A DNA stretch of 10,550 nucleotides, from assembly GCA_031416315.1 (NCBI GenBank), contig JANOTL010000178.1, positions 1 to 10,550 of the forward strand, given 5' to 3'. Position 1 is the stretch's first letter; each line of letters begins with the position of its first letter. The notes under the pieces were generated by a model, which ran no database searches, was not told where the DNA came from, and saw nothing but the letters and a program-made list of their open reading frames with translations. Below, piece by piece: positions 1 through 6,020 of the stretch. The stretch comes from Pseudomonadota bacterium. Lineage in GTDB: Bacteria; Bdellovibrionota_B; Oligoflexia; Oligoflexales; CAIYRB01. Both the position numbers and the translations under genes were made by a program.

Positions 1-33
1 GTGCCGGGAAGCGGCGGCGCAGGTGTAATCGCC

Positions 34-96
34 GAGATCCCTCGCTCCGCTCGGGATAGACCCTGGCGCTTTCGCGCCACGGTCTATCCCGAGCGG
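34..96. repeat. REP-like palindromic element (long hairpin)
   Basis: Arms 47-69 (CCGCTCGGGATAGACCCTGGCGC) and 74-96 (GCGCCACGGTCTATCCCGAGCGG) pair at 22 of 23 positions (C63/C80 mismatch) around a TTTC loop. The left arm overlaps GAGATCCCTCGCTCCGCTCGGGAT (34-57), which resembles the widespread AGATCC(C/T)TCGCT(C/T)CGCTC(A/G)GGATGAC intergenic repeat. Confidence 0.7.
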
Positions 97-204
97 TCCG
101 CCATCGCGACGCGCCGCATCGCCTCGCTCGCAACCGACTGCGGCGTAGTCGACTTTCATCGCGCCAAAATAGCACTTTCTGCGCTCACCGCCAGCCTGAC
201 GCAA

Positions 205-233
205 TTGACGCGCTTTCATGAATCTCATAGATT
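205..233 (+). promoter_or_regulatory. Putative sigma70-type promoter for the metalloprotease gene
   Basis: TTGACG (205-210), 17-nt spacer, TAGATT (228-233), about 90 nt upstream of the GTG start in an AT-richer patch. Confidence 0.6.
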
Positions 234-321
234 CCGCAACTGACTGGCCGGCCAGTCTCCCCCGCTCGCTCTCGTCCGCCCCCGAAGCACAGCATTCGTC
301 CCATTCATCGAGGAGACTCCC

Positions 322-2178
322 GTGTCCCATCGCGTCAGTGCGCGCCTAGGAATCGCGTTCGCCCTTAGCGGCCTTTTTGGCCTAGTCGGCTGCGGCGCAC
401 CGCAAGGCGCCGGAGACGCGGACGTCTCCAACCTCGAGTGGGTGAAGAGCCGTACCAATTCGACGCAGTATGCGTATCTGGAAAGCCGCGATCTTGCCGA
501 CACCTTCATCTTCGGTGCGAGCGTGATCGGGGTCGACGATTTCATCTCGAGCGCGCTCAACATGGTGATCCGCCCGACGAACGTGAAGCTACGCACCCGG
601 ACGACCGGCGGCGTGAAGAAGCTCGACGTGCTGACGGCCGACGCCAACCAGGAGACCCTGCTCTCCTTCAACACGAAGGCGGTCAGCGGCAAGACGGAGA
701 TCGACTTCGCCTCCGCCGGCAACGACGTCCAGCTGCGCGGCTTGATCGACGCGATCGGCGGCATCTACACGGCAGGCGACATGGACGGCTACTGGGTCTC
801 GAGCGGCGCCCCGCGCGTCCTCAAGATCCAGCAAGACGCCGACACCTTGGTCGTCGACCTTCTCCATACGATCCGTCAGGCGGTTCTGAAGACAGACATC
901 TTCGGCAACCAGACGATCGACCACTTCGTCAGCGACCACGCCGGCAAAGTGACCATTCGGGTCTTTTTGAAGCGCAAGAAGACGCTCGCCCGCATCAATC
1001 GCAATCGTAAGGTGGCGGACGGTCTCGCGAAGTCGGTCGGCTATTTCGGTCCCGACCTCGGCGGCGAGTCGAACGACGTGCAGATCCAGCGCTTCGCCAT
1101 CGGCGACGCGCAGGACGCCTCGAGCTCGATCACCTTCTATCTGAAGGACGTGCCGGCCGAGTTCAAGTCGGTGGCGCAGAAGGCCATCCTGTCGTGGAAC
1201 GCTGGCTTCGGCAACGGCAGCGTCATCAAGGTCGCCGACGCTCCGGCCTCCCTCGACGCCGGCGACCCGCGCTTCAACGTCGTCAAATGGTTCAACGGTT
1301 TAGACGACGAGATCGGCTGGGCTGGCGTCGCCAAGATGATCGTCGAGCCCGACACGGGCCTCGTCATGGGCGGCAACCTTTACCTCAACGGCGGCAGCGT
1401 CCTCGAGATGTACAAAGGCATCACCGACTTCTCCCAGCGCATGGGCGCCGGCGGTCTGCCGATCCTCTCCGGCACGCTCGGCAACGTTCGCTTCGACCGC
1501 GATCCGGGCGAGAAGCCGGTCGTTCCCTACCTCAGCGACCTGACGCAAAATTACGCCAGCTACATGCAGGGCTACTACCTCGAGACGATCGCCCACGAAG
1601 TCGGCCACGTCCTCGGCCTGCGCCACAACTTCCGAGGCTCGACGGAGCTGACTGCCAACGAATCCGCATCGGTCATGGACTACTCACCCCGTGCCGAGCG
1701 CGCCCACTACAAGGGTCCGGGCCGCTACGACGTCGCCGCGATCCGGTGGGGCTACTTCGGGGAAGCGCCGCGCGGCGCCGCCCTGCCCTTTTGCACCGAC
1801 GAGGACATCTGGAAGTTCTACGATTGTAGCCAAGGCGACTGGGGCGCCCCGGAGAAGTCGGCGATCTACGGCCTGCTCGACGGCACCTTGGCTTTGACGA
1901 AGAAGCCGATCGAAGCCACCGAGGACGTCCTCGTCTCTTCGCTGACCGGCGCCCTGGAGAACGCGCTGAAGATCAAAAAATTCTCTGCGCAGCTTCCGGC
2001 CGCGACTCGCGCCGACACTCTGAAGAAGATCGATGCAGCGTACAACTACCTCTACACCGCGGCACCCGACGCGGCGCTGACGGCGCCTCAGAAGGCGATC
2101 GTCGAGAAAAACCTCGCCAGAGTGCGTGAGCTGGCAAAGAAGAAGGAAGACGAGCTGCGCGCTGCCGGCAACCTCTGA
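322..2178 (+). CDS. Lipoprotein zinc-dependent metalloprotease (metzincin; EcxA/DUF4953-like), 618 aa
   Basis: SD GAGGAG at 310-315 before GTG 322; signal peptide II with lipobox LVGC (Cys codon 391-393); HEVGHVLGLRH zinc motif (HExxHxxGxxH, 1594-1626); Met-turn SVMDY (1669-1683); WN.GF, GDPRFN, YD..AIRWGY and FCTDE motifs typical of this family; strong GC3 bias. Confidence 0.92.
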   Translation: MSHRVSARLGIAFALSGLFGLVGCGAPQGAGDADVSNLEWVKSRTNSTQYAYLESRDLADTFIFGASVIGVDDFISSALNMVIRPTNVKLRTRTTGGVKKLDVLTADANQETLLSFNTKAVSGKTEIDFASAGNDVQLRGLIDAIGGIYTAGDMDGYWVSSGAPRVLKIQQDADTLVVDLLHTIRQAVLKTDIFGNQTIDHFVSDHAGKVTIRVFLKRKKTLARINRNRKVADGLAKSVGYFGPDLGGESNDVQIQRFAIGDAQDASSSITFYLKDVPAEFKSVAQKAILSWNAGFGNGSVIKVADAPASLDAGDPRFNVVKWFNGLDDEIGWAGVAKMIVEPDTGLVMGGNLYLNGGSVLEMYKGITDFSQRMGAGGLPILSGTLGNVRFDRDPGEKPVVPYLSDLTQNYASYMQGYYLETIAHEVGHVLGLRHNFRGSTELTANESASVMDYSPRAERAHYKGPGRYDVAAIRWGYFGEAPRGAALPFCTDEDIWKFYDCSQGDWGAPEKSAIYGLLDGTLALTKKPIEATEDVLVSSLTGALENALKIKKFSAQLPAATRADTLKKIDAAYNYLYTAAPDAALTAPQKAIVEKNLARVRELAKKKEDELRAAGNL

Positions 2179-2209
2179 CCGCGATGTAGCGCGAGCCAAG
2201 GATCGCAAG

Positions 2210-2244
2210 GACCTGCCCGAACTTCGGGCAGGTCTCTTCGTTTT
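2210..2244 (+). terminator. Rho-independent terminator
   Basis: GACCTGCCCGA (2210-2220) / TCGGGCAGGTC (2224-2234) perfect inverted repeat followed by TCTTCGTTTT, about 30 nt after the stop codon. Confidence 0.85.
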
Positions 2245-2348
2245 CGCGCCTTCTTGTCGTTGTCGTGAATCGGTTGCAGGTGGATACGCGCATGAGCAGT
2301 TCTTCGAGCGCTGATGCCGCTGGGCTGGCATTTCAGTCGTCGCGAGCG

Positions 2349-2365
2349 CTGGCATGCCGTTTGCT
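2349..2365 (+). promoter_or_regulatory. Putative sigma54 (-24/-12) promoter
   Basis: CTGGCATGCCGTTTGCT matches YTGGCACGNNNNTTGCW with one mismatch and exact GG-N10-GC spacing; it lies about 50 nt upstream of the likely start of the next gene. Confidence 0.75.
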
Positions 2366-2415
2366 CATGGCCCCGCGCGTCCCAAACGGCAAGCATCGAA
2401 GAAGGACTTCACGTG

Positions 2416-3825
2416 ATGATGACGTGGCATCGGCTTTTCGGCGTATGTGGAATCGGCATCACTCTGGCAGTCGCGGGGTGCGAGTCGGAAGACGGCGGCG
2501 GCAGCAATTCTGTGGAACCATCGCCAGTCGTGCCGTGTGAGGCGGAGAGCAAAGCCGAGTGCGACCGCGTCGCGGAGCGCATCGGGCAGTTGAAGAGCGA
2601 GCGCGATGCGGCGATGGAGCGTAATGATGCAACGCGCTTGGCGCACATCTCTCTGCAGCTGAACCAGCAGACGGAGCTGCTCGCGTTGCTGCAGGGCGAT
2701 CAGGCAACGCCCGAAGCGCAAGCCAGTCTTCAGGCAAAGTACGATGGCCTCGTCCGCATGCTGGAGGCTGATCTCGCGCTGCGCCGGACGCCCGGAACCG
2801 GGACGGAGCCCGAAGCGGCGGCGAATCCCGTCACGCCCGTGACGCCTGGAACGCCCGGTACGCCAACCACTCCCGGTACGCCCGACACGCCGGCAACGCC
2901 GCCGATTCCGGCGACTCCCGATCTTCCTGCGTACGTCTATCAACCGAGCGAAGCGGAGGCCGTGGCGCACGTCACGGCGGATTACGGCACGCTCTACATC
3001 GCCGAGACGGCGACCGCGGAAGAGCTGAAGGTCGATCGTCCTTGGGCCGGCTATTGGTATCCGCTTCGCCGCGGCGATCTTTATCTCGGTGAGGCGGCGC
3101 CGCTTCGGAAGCTCGACCTGGTGACGGCGGGCAACGCCACGAATCTCGAGCGCGATCGCGTCGACGTCGAGCATGCCGATACGTGGGAAGGCCTTTGCAA
3201 TGCCTGGGCGATGGCGTCGATCCTCTCGAAAGAGCCGGCCGCCACGAAGAAGGTCCAGAACGTCGACTTCACGGTCTTGGATCAAAAGGCGCTGTTGACG
3301 AAGATCCACGAGAAGATCGACGTCAAATACTACGGCATCCGGTACCAGGGCAATGCCGACACCGACGGGACGATCCAGGATCTGCGGCCTGAAGCTTTCC
3401 ATCAGTTGGTCATGAAGCAGCTGGGCGAGCGCCGTCAAGCCTTCGTGGTCGACGACGATCCGGGCGTGGAAGTGTGGAGCAAGCCAATGTACCGCATGCG
3501 GTGGACGGTGAAAACCGATCCCGACAACGCCAATGCTTTCCTGGTCCGCGCGTTCCCCTGGATGGTCCGGCACCGCGAGACGCTGAGCCCGACGGCGACC
3601 TCCGAAGCCGATCGCGCGGCGCCTCAATACGACTATCGCCTTTTCGTCGACAAATCGGACGTCAAAGACGGGAAGTTCAAGGTCATCGCCGGCGAATGGA
3701 TCGGCCGGTCGCGGGACTCGCATCCGGACGCCGCGGTGGTGCCGGTCGCCGGCGCCGCCGTAGGCAGCATGAACGCCTCCGTTCAAGAACACATGGACAT
3801 CGTGCGCCAGATCGTCGGCCTCTGA
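2416..3825 (+). CDS. Lipoprotein with helical N-terminal region, Pro-x-Thr linker and GP42/TGase_elicitor-like transglutaminase (papain-like Cys) domain, about 469 aa
   Basis: Start revised from 2314 to ATG 2416 (GTG 2413 or ATG 2419 also possible) on the basis of SD AAGGA 2402-2406 and lipobox VAGC (Cys 2479-2481). Motifs PWAGYWYP (3040-3063), WEGLCNAWA (3184-3210), DLRPEAFH, EVWSKP, and GEW...HPD are collinear with the TGase_elicitor family. Confidence 0.85.
   Translation: MMTWHRLFGVCGIGITLAVAGCESEDGGGSNSVEPSPVVPCEAESKAECDRVAERIGQLKSERDAAMERNDATRLAHISLQLNQQTELLALLQGDQATPEAQASLQAKYDGLVRMLEADLALRRTPGTGTEPEAAANPVTPVTPGTPGTPTTPGTPDTPATPPIPATPDLPAYVYQPSEAEAVAHVTADYGTLYIAETATAEELKVDRPWAGYWYPLRRGDLYLGEAAPLRKLDLVTAGNATNLERDRVDVEHADTWEGLCNAWAMASILSKEPAATKKVQNVDFTVLDQKALLTKIHEKIDVKYYGIRYQGNADTDGTIQDLRPEAFHQLVMKQLGERRQAFVVDDDPGVEVWSKPMYRMRWTVKTDPDNANAFLVRAFPWMVRHRETLSPTATSEADRAAPQYDYRLFVDKSDVKDGKFKVIAGEWIGRSRDSHPDAAVVPVAGAAVGSMNASVQEHMDIVRQIVGL
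2827..2928 (+). repeat. Intragenic 9-bp-period Pro-x-Thr repeat (linker/stalk)
   Basis: PVT PVT PGT PGT PTT PGT PDT PAT PPI PAT PDL P: proline at every third residue for 12 positions, with varied codons. Confidence 0.85.
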
Positions 3826-3881
3826 TGGTTGGCGGCGGTTGAGAGTCTCGTGGTTACCCAAACGTTAGAAGGAGTTCGAAC

Positions 3882-4406
3882 ATGCTCGTGCGTATGATTG
3901 TGAGTGGTTTGATGGTGCTCGCGGCGACGGCAGCTTTCGGCGACAACGAAGGCGGCCAAGAGCAAGGCCGGTACGGGATGAGTCTGGACGAGCTGCGCTC
4001 GAAATGCGCTGAGCTCACGCGGAACGATCAGCTGAAGCCGATCAAGGCGACGATCACCTGCAATCAGCTCCAGTACGAATGGGTGGACGCGAATCCGAGC
4101 CAGGCGACTCTGCCGAACACGCTGAACATCGGCGCCGCCGTGCACATGAAGGGCTTCGAGGTGGCGCATCAGTTCTATCCGCAAGACGCCTCGCCGACCC
4201 AAGTTGCGTGTCAACAGTTCAAGAAGGTCGAGAAGAAGGTCGACAACATCGACGTCGAGATCATGTGTGGCGAGCTCGAAGCCATTCAAGACCTCGCGAC
4301 CTACTGCAAGCCGATCATCGCTGACCGAGTCGCCCAGGATCCTGCCCTCCTCGTCGTGCGCGACACGGCGGAGACGCAGTCCCTGTGCCCCTCGGCCATT
4401 CGCTGA
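3882..4406 (+). CDS. Secreted cysteine-containing hypothetical protein, 174 aa
   Basis: SD AAGGAG 3869-3874; Sec signal peptide ending AAFG; six Cys in the mature part; coding-like codon bias; no family recognised. Confidence 0.85.
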   Translation: MLVRMIVSGLMVLAATAAFGDNEGGQEQGRYGMSLDELRSKCAELTRNDQLKPIKATITCNQLQYEWVDANPSQATLPNTLNIGAAVHMKGFEVAHQFYPQDASPTQVACQQFKKVEKKVDNIDVEIMCGELEAIQDLATYCKPIIADRVAQDPALLVVRDTAETQSLCPSAIR

Positions 4407-4433
4407 TAACCGGGTGGACGCGGTTATTTGAAG

Positions 4434-4462
4434 GCCTTGGCGGCACGTCGTGCCGCCAAGGC
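4434..4462. terminator. Palindrome between convergent genes, probable bidirectional terminator
   Basis: GCCTTGGCGGCACG (4434-4447) T CGTGCCGCCAAGGC (4449-4462) is a perfect 14-bp inverted repeat; U-tracts are weak on both sides. A smaller hairpin ATAACCG/CGGTTAT (4406-4427) precedes it. Confidence 0.65.
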
Positions 4463-4486
4463 TCATTCATTCCGACGCAGACGGAC

Positions 4487-4930
4487 TCAGAGCCGCAGCC
4501 GCACTTCCGCTTCCTTCGTCGCCAGCGCGCGCCCGAGCATCTCAGCATCCTCGCTGTCCAGGACAGTGCGTGCCATCGGAAAGACGTCGCGCTCTTCTTC
4601 GCGCACGTGTTGCTCGACCGACTTCCGCAGCGTTGCGAAGCGCAAGAGCCAGACGTCGTCGGTGCGCTCCGCTTGTAGCAGCTCGTCGAGGAGCTCCTCG
4701 ACCGCCGCGTGCTCGGCGCGCGCGGTCTCGATCTTGTCGTGCAGCTCGTCGTCGTCCTCGAGCTCCCGGTAGAAGGCATGATCCTCGGCCCTCGCGTGAG
4801 CGATCAAGTCCCGGCGGATCTCGGCGAAGAGCACGCGACGCTCTTCCCCGTTGTCGGGGGTCGCGGCGAGGCGTTCCATCAGTTGTTTCACTTTGTCGTG
4901 CTCGGCCTTGAGCTGCGTAAACACATTCAT
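4487..4930 (-). CDS. Hemerythrin/HHE cation-binding domain protein, 147 aa
   Basis: Real start is ATG 4930 (MNVFTQLKAEH...) with SD AAGGAGAA at 4942-4935. Di-metal ligand pattern H...HxxxE...H...HxxxE: EHDKV, HARAE, EHAAV, HVREE, with FY/VFP after each HxxxE. Confidence 0.92.
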   Translation of the reverse strand: MNVFTQLKAEHDKVKQLMERLAATPDNGEERRVLFAEIRRDLIAHARAEDHAFYRELEDDDELHDKIETARAEHAAVEELLDELLQAERTDDVWLLRFATLRKSVEQHVREEERDVFPMARTVLDSEDAEMLGRALATKEAEVRLRL

Positions 4931-4977
4931 GTGGTTCTCCTTGCGAGGAGGGAAGCTAAGCCGAGAGGCTGCAAGGC

Positions 4978-5694
4978 TCATTCCAGTTCGGGGATTTCCC
5001 GAAAGAAAGGGTCGTCCCAGGTGTCGACGATCATCAGGTAGGTCACCTCGCGTGCGGCCTGGGTGCCGGTGATCTTGTTGCCGTGGGACACGGCGCGATA
5101 TTTGGCAACGATGTCCTCCAGATCGGCATGCAGGGCGAGGCGCTGCTCTTCGGTGAGGAACTTGCTTCCTGTGACCAGGCGGAGGTTCTCGCGGGCCTCC
5201 AGCTGGGCGACGGCTCGCTCGGCGAGGGCCCGGACGAAGTAGCGAGCGTAGGTTTTTCCCAGCGGGCCATGATTGTCCCAGGCGGTCGTGGTGCCGTCGG
5301 CTAGGAGGCGGACGCCGAGGGCGGGGAGGCGCTCGACGAGGCCGAGCTTCTCCAGGTCGCGGAGGTAGCGCTCGCTGCTCTTGCGCGAGATGCCGTGCTG
5401 CTTCTCGATTGCGACGACCGGCTTGCGGTTCAGCAGCTGCGTGAAGTAGGCAAAGTGCGCAGGGCTCGTGGCGAAGAAACTCTCTTGCGCCAGCGTGAAG
5501 CGCAGCGTTGCTTGGGCCCGCGCGTCGATCGCGAGAGCAAGATCCTTGAGCGTCAGGCCGAGCCAGTCGCAAACGGCGAGCAAGCGCGCCAGGGGCATGT
5601 CGCCATCCGCCATCATGCGCTTCACCGTCGGCAGCGAGAGGCCGAGTTGCGCCGCGAGGTCGGGATATCGGAGCTTGCGCTCTTTCAGGATCAC
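4978..5694 (-). CDS. XRE-type helix-turn-helix transcriptional regulator with a second internal HTH-like segment, about 238 aa (start uncertain)
   Basis: N-terminal LKERKLRYPDLAAQLGLSLPTVKRMM...LLAVCDWLGL is Cro/CI-like; IEKQHGISRKSSERYLRDLEKLGLV resembles a winged HTH. There is no clear SD before GTG 5694. Confidence 0.85.
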   Translation of the reverse strand: MILKERKLRYPDLAAQLGLSLPTVKRMMADGDMPLARLLAVCDWLGLTLKDLALAIDARAQATLRFTLAQESFFATSPAHFAYFTQLLNRKPVVAIEKQHGISRKSSERYLRDLEKLGLVERLPALGVRLLADGTTTAWDNHGPLGKTYARYFVRALAERAVAQLEARENLRLVTGSKFLTEEQRLALHADLEDIVAKYRAVSHGNKITGTQAAREVTYLMIVDTWDDPFFREIPELE

Positions 5695-5800
5695 CTTCAG
5701 ATATGTGGTCTGATTTCGGCAACTGGCCCCAGATGGTTCTCGAGAAGGCCCTAATGATTCCCCTAATCCGCCCGTAGACCACCTCTTCGACGCAAATTGC

Positions 5801-5849
5801 GGACGCTAAGCCCCGGGATCTCTAGCCCCGGGGCTTCGTCTAAGCGTCC
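5801..5849. repeat. Nested inverted repeat in the divergent intergenic region
   Basis: Inner arms AAGCCCCGGG (5808-5817) / CCCGGGGCTT (5827-5836); outer arms GGACGCT (5801-5807) / AGCGTCC (5843-5849); AGCCCCGGGGCT (5824-5835) is itself a perfect palindrome. Confidence 0.7.
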
Positions 5850-5910
5850 AAGCCGCCTCGCGAATTGCCACCTTATCGGGCGAGGGCCGACGGCGGCTTT
5901 CACAAATGCC

Positions 5911-5937
5911 TAAATTTATCGCCTGCAGGTCCGAAGG
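5911..5937 (+). promoter_or_regulatory. Possible sigma28 (FliA)-type promoter for the glt-like operon
   Basis: TAAA (5911-5914), 15-nt spacer, TCCGAAGG (5930-5937), compared with consensus TAAA-N15-GCCGATAA. The CCGA core is in the correct register but the -10 element is degenerate. Confidence 0.4.
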
Positions 5938-6020
5938 AAGATACGTCGGGAAAATCCGGCTGTCTTGTCCGCCGTTTGTCATCACGAAATCGGCGAAACG
6001 AAACTAGAGGAACGCACGTC

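Noticed and set aside
1..243. 80-aa ORF at the window start
   Set aside because: It runs through a palindrome and the promoter, with no coding bias or recognisable motif.
2314..2412. N-terminal extension of the 503-aa ORF
   Set aside because: It would bury the lipoprotein signal and overlap the sigma54 promoter; the SD supports a start at 2413/2416.
2827..2928. Possible CRISPR array or VNTR
   Set aside because: It is an in-frame degenerate protein repeat with no repeat-spacer structure.
2365..3861. 498-aa minus-strand ORF
   Set aside because: Antisense shadow of the transglutaminase-like gene.
4487..5782. 431-aa ORF extending the hemerythrin upstream across the regulator in another frame
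   Set aside because: The extension is Arg/Pro/Ala-rich off-frame sequence typical of high GC, it overlaps a clear HTH gene, and the hemerythrin has its own strong SD and ATG at 4930.
5873..5901. Minus-strand sigma28-like site (GAAAG...CCCGATAA) for the regulator
   Set aside because: The -10 element is good, but the -35 element is about 2 nt out of register, so it is too weak to call.
5865..6020. N-terminal extension of the 295-aa OMP ORF
   Set aside because: The signal peptide and SD point to ATG 6021.
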